Source: Felis catus (taxonomy: Eukaryota). From it: DNA of 64,000 nt. Every line of letters starts with the position of its first letter. Position 1 is the first letter of the stretch. Positions 50,560 to 62,900 of this stretch are shown piece by piece. Made by a program: the position numbers and the translations under genes. The stretch is taken from the NCBI RefSeq assembly GCF_018350175.1, contig NC_058368.1, positions 75,208,001-75,272,000 of the forward strand, written 5' to 3'. The notes below the pieces were generated by a model. It was not told the DNA's origin. It saw only the letters and a program-made list of their open reading frames with translations, and searched no databases.

Positions 50560-50830
50560 ACACTATCCTTCAGTTCAATTATCCCTTCCTCAGATATGTT
50601 CCTTGTGAGTAAAAGGCAAATTCAAATCCTTTTATTAAATGCTTTCAGAGAACTATGTGCTTTTCTTTATAATACTCATCACAGTTGAATATTTATATTT
50701 ACTCGTGCGGTTGTTTCTATAATGTACTGGTCTGTTTATAGAACGTATGCATCATGAGGGCAAGGGTTATCTTACATCACAGCCCTAAAATTGAACTCAA
50801 GATACACTTAGACATCTGTCAATGTCTGTC
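50560..50830 (+). mobile_element. L2 fragment
   Basis: cccttcctcaga...tatgcatcatgagggcaaggg L2 3'-like. Confidence 0.5.
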
Positions 50831-51220
50831 AAAGAAATCCGAGGACTAAAGTAATTGTGGGAGCTATCTGCCAGGCAGCCATTTTGTAGCTTGGACAAGA
50901 ATATTTTATTGTCCTGATGGACACATAGGTCAAACTGTAAATGTTAGAATTGGGAAGCAGAGTGGACCCAGACCGGCTTCAAAACAACAAAAATAACAAC
51001 AACAAAACAAAAGAATGACATAGGTTACTTTATGCCTAATGGGAGACACAAGTGAAAGAAAATTTATTAAATAAAAACCTTGCACTGATTTTAAGGTAGA
51101 AGAGACATAAGCAAGTGTTGGTAAGGGGTAAAAGACAACCATAGAGAAGTATAAGTCAACTGTGTGGATATACTAGAAACAGAGAGAATGCATTTTGGAC
51201 CAGACGGCAGGGTATTTAAA

Positions 51221-51328
51221 AAAAATTTTAAGTTTATTTATTTATTTTGAGAGAGACAGAGACATTGTGAGCAGGGAGAGAGAGGAAGAGAGAGAACACC
51301 AGTCAGGCTTCTTGCTGCCAGTACAGAG
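51221..51328 (-). mobile_element. 5'-truncated older Can-SINE
   Basis: Flanked by agggtatttaaa repeats. Confidence 0.85.
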
Positions 51329-51353
51329 GATGTTAGGGTATTTAAATTTTTCT

Positions 51354-51558
51354 TTTAACGTTTATTTATTTTTGAGACAGAGAGAGACAGAGCATGAATG
51401 GGGGAGGGGCAGAGAGCGAGGGAGACACAGAACCGGAAACAGGCTCCAGGCTCTGAGCTGTCAGCACAGAGCCCGACGCGGGGCTCGAACTCACGGACCG
51501 CGAGATCGTGACCTGGCTGAAGTCGGACGCTTAACCGACTGCGCCACCCAGGCGCCCC
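51354..51558 (-). mobile_element. Young SINEC_Fc in the tail of the next copy
   Basis: tttaacgtttattt at both 51354 and 51559. Confidence 0.96.
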
Positions 51559-51758
51559 TTTAACGTTTATTTTTGAGACAGAGAGAGACAGAGCATGAAC
51601 GGAGGAGGGTCAGAGAGAGGGAGACACAGAATCTGAAACAGGCTCCAGGCTCTGAGCTGTCAGCACAGAGCCCGACGCAGGGCTCGAACTCACGGACCGT
51701 GAGATCATGACCTGAGCCGAAGTCAGCCGCTCAACTGACTGAGCCACCCAGGCACTCC
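51559..51758 (-). mobile_element. SINEC_Fc
   Basis: Antisense consensus. Confidence 0.96.
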
Positions 51759-54039
51759 AATGGGTATTTAAAGCATGGAGAGGGAACTTTATTTCTCTAA
51801 TATGAAGAAAACTGAACAAACACTAAGTGTTATGAGGTATTTGGTGTAGTTATTGAAGACTTTTCTGCACGACTATTGGAAAGATGTCTTGTGTCCCAAT
51901 GAATTCCATCTATCGAGAAAATGAAATCCTGGAAATTGTGCTTTACCAAAACAAAAAAGAAAATGGGGTTCTCCCATTTGGATGTTCCACTGATGCATGA
52001 CAGTTTTAATTTTCCAAGCACGAGCTTTCAGATAAAAGGCACGAAGACATTAATATTTATGCAAAAATACTCATGCTTTTGCTACCATTGCGCTATACCT
52101 TATAACCGGAGTCACAGACTTATGTGTTCAAGCTAAAAGGATCTTAGCAGTAAGTCAACCAGTTTCCTCATGTTTTCGGTTTAAGTAAATGAACTCACAT
52201 AGCTAGTTAAGAGCAAAGCTGGAAAAATAACCTGATTCAGTATTTGATCAGACATCAACTCAAAATGAATTCCTGGAATTTGGCCTTCCTTGTATAATCC
52301 TAATGTTCTTCTTAAAGTAGCACACCTCTGTCTTCTTTTTAAATTTGTATACCTTTTCTTTGCTCACATCGGCATATACTGCTGTTTATGCACTGTATAC
52401 ATCTTTTCTTTCACCTGAAGTTATGTAGGTAATGTCATGCGGTGCAGTGGGTTTTTTTTTTTTTCTTTTTTCTTTTTTTAAATGGGTTTATCATATAGAT
52501 AGACCAGATAATAGAATCCTGCAAGTTAGAGATGGAAAAGACCTGCCAGGTCACCTAATCTCTTCAACAATGCGGCGTTTCTCCCCCTTCGATTATCGCT
52601 TTGAATATTTGACCAGCCTAATTTTAAAACGATTCCAGTAATGACATTACACACAGTTTCACCTAGCGTTCTCCAGAGCCTCCTAAATTCTCAGTTTCAA
52701 AAAGTTTCCCGAGGAGACGGTTTCATGCTGATTTCCTTTGTAATGAAATTTACCCGCAACCTCAACACTTATTTCAGTGAATCCGCCCAGTCACTCAAAC
52801 TTTCCCTCACTCATAGACTTCTTCTTGCGTTAGTGACAACCTCACTTCAGCAACCTTTGGATCTCTGAGTGCCATAGAAGCACTTAAAAGCATTGAAGCT
52901 GTTAAGTTTTTGTTTGTTTGTTTGTTTGGGGGGAAGCTTAAGAGAAGTAATTAAAGCAAGATAACTACTGTATATTGGATGAATAAAAGTGCCATAAGCT
53001 CTCTGAAATTTTGCCACTGACTGTACCATCATTGATAAATTAGCCTATGCATATTTATAAAGTGATAGAATAAAAAACAGGTGAAATACCCCTGAGAAAT
53101 TATAGACCCAAACACTCGCACACCGACAAACCCAGACACCCAGCTAACTGCTAAATTACTATTTGTGTTTTCAAAAAGGACCCAATGATTTATTATATCG
53201 GTTATTGTTATATCATATCTGCCAGTTAATTTTTATGCCCTGGCTCAGCGTTGCAGATTTGACGGGCACCTTCCTGTTTCTGCAGTTGAATCTGCTTATA
53301 ATTGAGGAGCTGATAGAAGGGGAGGAGAGGAGAAAAGGAAGGGACAGAGAACTATTTTGCTCCAGTAACATGAGGGATTGATTGAAATCCAGCTCCTCTT
53401 TTGACTGTTTTCCTGATACTTGATACAGTTTTCATTTTGTGGCGATGGGCTCGGCTGAAAGACTGGAACAGAGTACATGCATTCGCAGACAAGGGAGGAT
53501 ATAATAAAACCTGGGCCGTGTTTGGTGCAGAAGGGGATTTGGATTCACGTGTTTGCTAGGAAATGTATGCACTGGTTCTAGGGGGACCCTCTCTGCTTCG
53601 AGTCAGCACCCGCAAAGCACGTGCAAAGGCCACGGGGCTCTCTTTGCGTTTGATTGATTGTGCTTAGATGCACACACCGTTAAATTTAGGGACAGCCGAG
53701 GATTGTGGGCTTCTAACCACAGTCGTCCCTCAAGGAGTTCATACTGAGGAGATACAATGTTTCACACACACACAAGAAAAGAGACACTGAAGAATCCTCT
53801 GCAGTGTGGTTGATATTTCCCAATACGCTTAAGAGAATAGTACCATTGCATATGTATATAATTTATCTGTATACTTACCTACCAGTTTAAAAAAATCAGT
53901 GGGATCCAATAAAGGACAAACCAGTTAATTATTTTCCACCGCTGACCGGTGTCTCCCTACTCTTCTACCCAGCCTCAGCTGCTGTCACTATTGTACCCTG
54001 CCCCTGGATGTTGGTGTGCCAGATTGTTGGGAGAGGTAA

Positions 54040-54442
54040 TGCAGTATGGGCATGTACAACTCTGTACTTTCTTGCTGGGTGACCAAGGATGTTAAGCGTC
54101 TGAGCACTCTTGATCTGGTGCATTACCCAAGGCCATATTTGCAGAGGGCAGACTTGAAGGAGTAACGCGATGTCTCTCCCTGGACCAGAAGTCAGGCTTG
54201 TTTACTGCTTGTTATAAAACAGGAGCTCCCCAAACTCATGGATTCCCCACCCCCCAGCACAGCAACCTTCCGTATGTTCCGGCCACCACCTGGAATCACG
54301 CTCATACTGTTCCCTGTGCCGTGAATAATACAGTCCTGCCGGTGACCCAGGAGTCTCATGTCTTCTGTCAGAATTCTCCAAGCATTCACAGATAAACTTA
54401 TCCATTTGTAAGTAAGGCAAAATCAAAGCAGAAATTCTGATG
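54040..54442 (+). mobile_element. ERVL-class solo LTR (MER77/LTR47-like)
   Basis: ttcttgctgggt...caggcttgtttactgcttgttataaaa...tgacccaggagtctcatgtcttctg...gtaagtaaggcaaaatc. Confidence 0.7.
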
Positions 54443-54443
54443 G

Positions 54444-54447
<4 letters not shown>

Positions 54448-54515
<68 letters not shown>

Positions 54516-54877
54516 CACATATATATATACACACACACATATATAATATAAATATTATAAATTATATTTATATAATATATTATTTATAAATATATTTATA
54601 AAATATAATATAAATGTATATATTATATATTATATATTATATATTATATATTATATATTATATATATTTATATTATATATAAATTATATATAATTATATA
54701 ATTATATAAAATAATATATTATATATATAATATATTTATATTATATTATATATAATATATAATATATATTATATATAATGTATATAATATATATATTATA
54801 TATATAATATATATTATATATAATGTATATAATATATATATTATATATATAATATATATATATTATATATATATAAA
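54448..54877. repeat. (TA)n and long AT-only tract
   Basis: Only 3 G and no C in 54541-54877; 45-bp tandem duplication at 54761-54850. Confidence 0.97.
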
Positions 54878-55474
54878 CAGCAGAGGATGCTGAAAGAGAC
54901 ATGGCTTGGGGAAGAAGAGAGCAGAACACAGTGAGCTTGGCTGAGGATTAAGAGAAGACATCCCATAATGTGGTAATTAACGGTTTACCCAAACCCTGGG
55001 GGGAGGGGACCAGGAGGAAAAGCACTTCACTGTTCTACCTCTAAATGGAGCTGAGTGGGAAGGGGGGGAGTCAGAACAGGCCATCAAGGCCGTGGCTTGA
55101 TTGTTGCTCACTTTCCATCCCCACACAAGGGACACTTTCATATCAGTGGGCAAGCTGTGAAACCCCTCCCCCCCACCACCGAGAGGCAATATGCCCATGG
55201 CTCCAGAGCTAAATAGCTCACAAAGCTAAAATAAATATGGTCAGCAATTTGGGCTTGCTCTTCAAAATATAGCGTTGAGTTAAACCAAACATCAGAATGT
55301 TGTTCAGTTGAACCCTAGCAGGTGGTTGCACTAAAATGAAAACAAAAGTAAAATCTTACTGATGGGATTGGAGACATTTCTCCAGCACCTGAAATCAATT
55401 GGTGTATGGACCAGGTTCGTGGGAGGGAAGTGAGCTAAAGTGTCCTTGGATATCCTTCTAATAATGCATATAGA

Positions 55475-55825
55475 TCTATTCTTCGTGAGAAAACTGACAA
55501 ACCCAAATTGAGGGACATTCTACAAAATAACTAATCCACATTGCCAAAAGTGTCAAGGACACAAAAGACAAGGCGAGACTGAGTAGCTGTCACAGACGTG
55601 AGGAGACTCAGGATACACGACAACTAAACAAAATACAGTCTCTAGGGCTGTAGTCTCCTACAGACTGGATCGTGGAACACGAAAGGGAAATTAGTGGAAA
55701 CACGAATGAAATATGACTCAGAGTTTTGCTTTAGTTAACGGTGCAACACCAGGGTTAATTTCTTACTTTCCATGCACGCTCCGCAATGACATGAGTTGTT
55801 AACTTAAGAGGAATTTGGCTACGCT
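55475..55825 (+). mobile_element. L1MC4-like 3' end fragment
   Basis: gacaaacccaaattgagggacattctacaaaataact...aaagtgtcaagg. Confidence 0.8.
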
Positions 55826-56289
55826 GAGATAGGCTTGATTTTGCATCGCTATGTCTAGCATCCTCTCAAGATAATAATGAAACAGCAAGATTTTACAAGG
55901 GCCAAACAATTTTAAAATCTACAAAAAAAAAAAAAGGAATTATAACAAACTTTTAAAAACAAACAAGGATAGCCATCATGTAGAACCAAGGGGATATGTT
56001 AGATAGGACATTGGATTCTACTACCCTGCAAGAGAGTGACAACAAAGAAATAACAGAACATAACCATGAGTGAGACCGATAGAACGGAGAAAAGGGAAGG
56101 TCAGACATGACAGACGGGAGGAGAAGTTGAGCAGGGAATGATCTGCAGCCCCAGAAGAAGGGAGAATAATACAAGGAGTAGACACAGTCTCTGAGGAATT
56201 AATAGATAGGAATTGTGAAAGACACACGAAAACTATCAGTTCACAGATTCAAAAAGCCTATGAACCCTGACACTGATTAAAAACAGGAG

Positions 56290-56468
56290 GGGGGCACCTC
56301 GGTGGCTCAGTCCATGGAGCGCTGGACCTCAGCTCAGGTCATGATCTCGCACCTCCTGAGTTCAAGCCCCACGTCAGGATCTGTGCTGACAGCTGGGAGC
56401 CTGGAGCCTGCTTTGGATTTGGATTCTGTGTCTCCCTCTCTCTCTGCCCTTCCCCTGATCATGCTCTG

Positions 56469-56499
<31 letters not shown>

Positions 56500-56535
56500 T
56501 TCAAAAAATAAACATAAAGAACAAACTAAAAAAAA
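56290..56535 (+). mobile_element. Can-SINE
   Basis: Consensus match. Confidence 0.95.
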
Positions 56536-56873
56536 TAAAGAAGAGGAAATTTATATTGAGACACAAATAGGAAAACTGTAGGGGCGAAGGAGGGAGAGAG
56601 AGAATATTGAAAGCAGCTAACGCAAAAAGAGATGACCTTGAAGGAAGCTCGTAAGCTTTCCAGCTCGCTGTGGGACACAAACAGTGGAAATGGGAGACAA
56701 TGGGTGAAAGAGACGAATTAACTACCATCTCCCAACTCTGTACCCAGCAAAATATCTTGTAAGAATGGATGAAAACTTGGTTTGGACAAAGGAGCGATGG
56801 GAGACTTGAGCTCCTTACAAACAGGAGAACAACAGTGATTTCCCGAAGTAGAAGGAAAATGATGTGAGATTAA

Positions 56874-56927
56874 ATTTTATTTTATTTTTTTAAATTTTTT
56901 ACATGTTTATTTATTTATTGGAGAGAG

Positions 56928-56970
<43 letters not shown>

Positions 56971-57140
56971 CATGCACAAGCAGGGGAGGAGCAGAGAGCG
57001 GGGGGAAGAGAGAATCCCAGGCAGGCTCCAAGCTGTCGGCACAGAGCTCGTTGTGGGCGGCAAACCCGGGAACCCTGAGATCACGACCTGAGCCGAGATC
57101 ACCAGTCCGATGCTTAACGACGGAGGCATGCAGGCACCCC
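56874..57140 (-). mobile_element. Can-SINE
   Basis: Antisense consensus with long (AG)n. Confidence 0.93.
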
Positions 57141-57428
57141 AGGAGACTACATTTTAGAGGTGTCCGTAAAAGTGGAGTGGACTGAAAATGAAAAATGTGT
57201 TTGTAAGTCTGACTGAATATGAGCTGCCAAAAATAACCACAGCGCTTTATGCATTTTGAAAAGTTATAAAGAATGAAATATAGAACAACAATCAAAACAT
57301 GTAGAGCCAAGGCCCAATGTAATTAGTGTGGTAAGCTCTCATAATTTCTGTGATAAGGGTAAAAGTAAAAATTTAGCTTATGATACATGTAGGAAGCATA
57401 TTTTTATCTCTGGTAATAAAATAGTAAA

Positions 57429-57434
57429 TGAGAG

Positions 57435-57474
<40 letters not shown>

Positions 57475-57490
57475 TGTGCATGTGTGTGCA
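57429..57490. repeat. (GA)n(GT)n microsatellite
   Basis: Direct observation. Confidence 0.95.
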
Positions 57491-57754
57491 TGCGCGCAGA
57501 GAAAATTAGAAAGTGGTAATGAGAAAACAGTCATCAAGTAGAAACTGGCAACATAAATCCATATGTATGTTTCATGCCGAATATATATGGATGAAATGCT
57601 GCAATTTTGGGGTGAATACATTCAGACTGGATAAAATAAAACTGAAGCACGTGTTGTTTATAAAGAACATAAAAAAACATAAAGGAACAGAATTGTCAAA
57701 AAACAAAATGATGAAAAATTAGTATCATAGAAACATTAATAAAGAAAATCTGAA

Positions 57755-57975
57755 GGGGCGCCTGGGTGGCTCAGTTGGCTAAGCCTCGGACTTTGGCTCA
57801 GGTCATGATCTCAGGGTTTGTGAGTTCAAGCCCCGCGTTGGGCTCTGTGCTGACAGCTCAGAGCCTGGAGCGGGGTCATATTCTGTGTCTCCCTCTCTCT
57901 CTTCCCCTCCCCTGCTCTCTCTCTCTCTCTCTCTCTCTTTCAAAAATAAATAAACATTAAAACAATTAAAAAATA
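57755..57975 (+). mobile_element. Can-SINE
   Basis: Consensus match. Confidence 0.95.
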
Positions 57976-58235
57976 AAAACTGAGGAAGTTATATAAACAT
58001 CAGTAAAATTAATGTGTAAATAATTACCAGAGATAAAGAGAGGCATCGTATACTTTAAAAAACAAATTCAACAAGAGAACAGTATAGTTCTCAGTTTACA
58101 TGCACCTAAAAAAAATGACATTTGAATATATAAAATAAAATGAGCAGCTCTAAAATAAGCAATGATATTGGGTGATTTTTAACCCACCCCTGATTGAACA
58201 CACCAGGAAAAACAGTCAAAAATTTAATAAAGGTA

Positions 58236-58672
58236 CAGAACTGCCCCAGTCTCATAACCACTTAGCCATATGTGGCTATTTAAATTCAAATGTATTAAAT
58301 CTAAAACTTCAGTTTCTAAATTATACTAGTCACATTTTATTTTTATTTTTTTTTTATTTTTTCAACGTTTATTTATTTTGGGACAGAGAGAGACAGAGCA
58401 TGAACGGGGGAGGGACAGAGAGAGAGGGAGACACAGAATCAGAAACGGGCTCCAGGCTCTGAGCCATCAGCCCAGAGCCTGACGCGGGGCTCGAACTCAC
58501 GGACCGCGAGATCGTGACCTGGCTGAAATCGGACGCTTAACCGACTGCGCCACCCAGGCGCCCCACTACTCACATTTTAAACTCCCGTTAATACATGTAC
58601 AAGAGACTATCACACGACACTTTAGGAGACACAAATTTTACATTATCCCCAAAAGACTATTGGACAGTGCTG
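58236..58672. mobile_element. MER3/MER33-like hAT-Charlie MITE interrupted by a SINE
   Basis: tagccatatgtggctatttaaatt...actagtcacattt...ctattggacagtgctg terminus. Confidence 0.8.
58336..58564 (-). mobile_element. Young SINEC_Fc inside the MER3-like element
   Basis: TSD acta(g/c)tcacatttta. Confidence 0.97.
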
Positions 58673-58720
58673 AAAAAGTGTATTGAAATAAGAGTTTCAA
58701 AAAGTTTGGCATAATGTCTA

Positions 58721-58918
58721 TTTTTTTAGTGTTCATTTATTTATTTTGAGAGAGAGCATGAGGGAGAGGGGCAGAGAGAGAGGGAGAGAGAATCCCAAGC
58801 AGGCTCCTCACTGTCAGTGGGGAGCCCGACGTGGGGCTTGAACTCACAAACCATCAGATCACGACCTGAGCCGAAATCAAGAGCCGATGGCTAACCGACT
58901 GAGCCACCCAGGCGCCCC
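58721..58918 (-). mobile_element. Can-SINE
   Basis: Antisense consensus; TSD cataatg. Confidence 0.95.
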
Positions 58919-59189
58919 TGACATAATGCTTATATAATGAAAACTGTATCCAGTCACCAAAGAGTCTCCCTTCTTTGCAAGAATATATTTTCTATTTTCA
59001 GAAATTGGTGGCAGGATACCCACCAAGCACATCTATCAAATTCGTATTTAAATATCAAAGAAATATCCCATTAACGACAGCAATAATCCAGAAATGAATC
59101 AAACAGCAACCACGAACTCCATCTTCTTTGAAAGTAATTGTGTGTGTTTTTACTTAAAAAAAATAAAAGAAAAGTCTAAATACAAATTA

Positions 59190-59325
59190 GACTGCTTCAG
59201 ACTCTGCGTCCCTGTCTCTCTCTGCTCCTCTCCCACTCCCACTCTGTCTCTCTCTCTCTCTTTCTCAAAAGTCTGTCTCTCTCTCTTTCTCAAAAATAGA
59301 CATTAAAAAAAGTTTTTTTAAATAA
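59190..59325 (+). mobile_element. 5'-truncated Can-SINE with duplicated tail segment
   Basis: TSD aaatacaaattaga; tctgtctctctc..tttctcaaaa occurs twice. Confidence 0.88.
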
Positions 59326-59476
59326 AGAAATACAAATTAGAAAGCATTTTAAATTCAATGTCAGTATAAATGCCTTGACCACTGGGAGGATGAAACCCAG
59401 TCAAGTTTAGAGGTGTAACTGGGGTATCATTGCATACATTAAGAAAAGATTGAAAAATTAATAGATTAAGCATCCA

Positions 59477-59710
59477 TTTATTTATTTATTTTTTTAATTT
59501 TTTTTCAACGTTTATTTATTTTTGGGGCAGAGAGAGACAGGGCATGAACGGGGGAGGGGCAGAGAGAGAGGGAGACACAGAATCGGAAACAGGCTCCAGG
59601 CTCTGAGCCATCAGCCCAGAGCCCGACTCAGGACTCGAACTCACGGACCGCAAGATCGTGACCTGGGTGAAGTCGGACGTTTAAACCGACTGTGCCACCC
59701 AGGCGCCCCC
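59477..59710 (-). mobile_element. SINEC_Fc
   Basis: TSD aagcatccattta. Confidence 0.96.
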
Positions 59711-59739
59711 AAGCATCCATTTAAAAAGTTATCAAAATT

Positions 59740-59964
59740 GGGGCACCTGGAAAAAAATTGGGGCACCTGGGTGGCTCAGTCAGTTAAGCGGCTGACTTCA
59801 GCTCAGGTCGTGATCTTACAGTTCGTGGGTTTGAGCCCCACATCAGGCTCTGTGCTAACAGCTCAGAGCCTGGAGCCTGTTTCCGATTCTGTGTCTCCCT
59901 CTCTCTCTGCCCCTCCCTGGCTTTCACTCTGTCTCTCTTCCTCTCTCTCAAAAATCAACAAATG
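59740..59964 (+). mobile_element. SINEC_Fc with duplicated 5' junction
   Basis: TSD ttaaaaagttatcaaaatt at 59721-59739 and 59965-59983. Confidence 0.96.
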
Positions 59965-62900
59965 TTAAAAAGTTATCAAAATTATGTGACTATAAACCTA
60001 TGAAAAGAAAGCAATTCCATAGTTGAACATATCAAAAGATTAAAGAATGTTCTTTGAAAAGCTGAGCCATTGGTAAATTCCTGGAGAAGACATAAAAGGA
60101 AACAAGAGAAAAAGCACAAAATAACTTTGGTGACAAAGAAAATGTGAGCCCTCTCCACAAACATTGCCAACAGTAAAAGGACAGAAGAATATATAAGAAC
60201 AGATCGATGGCAAAAAATAAGTAAGTAAGTAAATAAATAAATAAGGTAAACTGGAATTTATTTGAAAACTACATAACTCACAAAAATAAGTGAAGTAGGA
60301 AACAGAATAGTCACATGAGTACTTAAGGAAATAAAACCGTCATTAATACTAACTTTCTCATATCCAAATAGTTTCCTTGGGAAACTCTACAAAGTAAAAG
60401 AAAGAAATAGCTAAGAACTATTCCAGTTCTTTCAGAAGCCAAAAAATGAGCCTTAATTTTTAAAAAGGTCATAATACCGATTGTTCTAAAACTTAATAAG
60501 AACATCAGGTTTAAAGAAAACTAAAGGCCAAACTCATTCAAACTCATAGGACTGGAAGAAAGGAGAGAAAATATCAACAAACTAATGCCAGATATATATA
60601 ACTAGAATAATACATCATAGCAAGGTGTTTTTTTTTTTCTAAAAATTCAAGGGTGGTTTAGCTTTCAAATATTCTATCGATTGAATTTTTCTCATGAGTA
60701 AAATAAAGAAGAAATGTCATGTTTATCTTAATATATGAAAAATAAGTTGAAAAATTTGCCACATATATCTGATGGAATATTTTCACGAACAGGAAATCCT
60801 GAAGTTTCCTAACTCCATGGAAAGAATTTAAAGACAATAACGCAAACATAATACTTAATAATGAAATGCTGCTTGTGTTCCTTTTAAGGTAATTAATATG
60901 ACAATATAACATTGCTACCAATTTTGTCTGGTTAGTGCAGCAAGGTGGGTAAAAATATAGAAGGTATGAGACTTGAAAAAGAAATAACAAAAATCGTGAT
61001 TATTCATGGATGATATGATTTTGTAACTTAAATATGAAAAAGTACGTTGTTTCTCAAAAAAAGCAACTACAGAAAATGGCTATAATTAATAAGTGATTTT
61101 AGCGAGGTTATCAGAAATATGGTTAATATCTAAAATGCACTTGTATTTCTAAATGGCAACACTAAAGGGAAATGCAAAATTTTCAAGAGACGCCATTTCT
61201 ACTATCAACAAAAAGGTAAAAGGCTAGGAATAGACCTAATGAAAGATGTGGAATATTTCGACTCAGAAAAAGTTATTAATCACTCCTGACAGCAATTACT
61301 GTAACCTAAGTAAGTGAAGAGATATGCCATATACATGGGATAAAGATGACTTTTTAAAGACATCAATTCTGCTTAATATAGTATATAAATTAAACAAAAT
61401 CCCAATTGGTATTTTGATAAGCCATGACAAGCTACTTGTAAAATGCATATGAATTTCAAAAGAAGAGTAGGCAAGAGAATCTCGAAGATTAAAGTAGAAG
61501 AACTTTCTCTGCGGGATATGAAGATTTATTAGAATGTTATGATAAATAAGGGAGGATAAGAAGATAGGCGGTGAAACCAACAGAAGAAAAGGAAGATTCA
61601 GACATAACTTGACATACTGATTTATGATGAGTATGCCGTACAAAAAGGTACCATGAAAGAACACACTTTTCAGTATGTGGCATTGGAGGAAGAATTGATT
61701 ACTCACATGGATAAATTAAACAAGAAGTTATCTCTCCCTTACGCCATATGAAAAAATCTCTTCCAGTGGATTGCAGTTCCAACCCACGAGGAATGATTTA
61801 TTTCTGATGTCAGGGCACATGAAATTTGTTAAACGGGACAGAAAAAAAGGACAAAAAACTAATCTAAAGGAAAAGATAGATAAACTTCGCTACCTTACAG
61901 TTAAGAACTTGTGTTTATGGAAAGACACCATTAGAAAGACGGAAATTCAACTAACGGGGCAAAAGAAGATATTTCAGAACATAAAACGGACAAGCAGCCC
62001 ATATTCAGAACATAAAAATAAAACCTGAATACCAATCAGAAGACAGACAACCCGATACAAAATTAGACAAGCAATTTCAACAGGCATTTCACAAAAGAGG
62101 AAATCTAGTTGGTCAACACGAATACAAAAAAGTGTTCAACCGCAATAGCCCTTAGGGAAATTCAAATTAAAACCGCATGAAAGACTGCCACGCCTCTATC
62201 AGAATGTCTAGAAGCTTATAAAGTCTGACAACATTTGATAAGAATGGAGGGAAATTGAAATTCTCATTCTCATACACTGCCGGGTAGGACTACAATTAGA
62301 GCAATCATTTGAGAATACTGTTTGACATCACCCTCAAAGTTGAACATAAGCTCATCCTATGAGTTAATAATTATACTCTTAAGTACGTACCTAAATAAAA
62401 ATGCATGCGTATGAATAAAAGTCACACACAAAGGAAACATTATTTGAAATAGAAAAAAAGAAAGATAATCCAAAGTCTAGCACAGTGGAATGGATGATTA
62501 AATATTGGGAGTCGTAAAATGGGAAACCATACATGGAATGTTGCAGGTTCATTAAGGCACAAATGGAAACTGGAATCAATCTCACAAACGTAACAAAGTC
62601 TGATAGAAGAAGAAATACTATATCATCGTATACTGTATTATTCCATTTACATAAAGTAAAAAACAAGACCTAAGTGTCTGAAGATGCAGACTTCGGTGGT
62701 AAAATCATACAGACAAGCAACGATGTGCATACAACATCAAAGGCAGGATGGTGATGATCTCCAGGGACACGGAGGGGTGGTGACTTGGAACGGTCTAGGT
62801 TTGGGGATTCTAAGGTCTCGAGGATATTCTGTTTCTTCATCTGGAAAATGACAACACAGGTGCTCACTACACAATTCATCAAACTCTACCTTTCTTTCAT

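Larger units (their letters stand above)
55900..62900 (+). mobile_element. Long, heavily decayed old L1 (ORF1, ORF2, 3'UTR) carrying many younger insertions
   Basis: Colinear ORF1-like (56.2-56.8 kb), EN-like (ccagagataaagagaggcat...tacatgcacctaa), RT-like (60.5-61.2 kb), C-terminal (EKIDKL.Y..VKNLC..KDTI) and 3'UTR segments. Confidence 0.8.
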
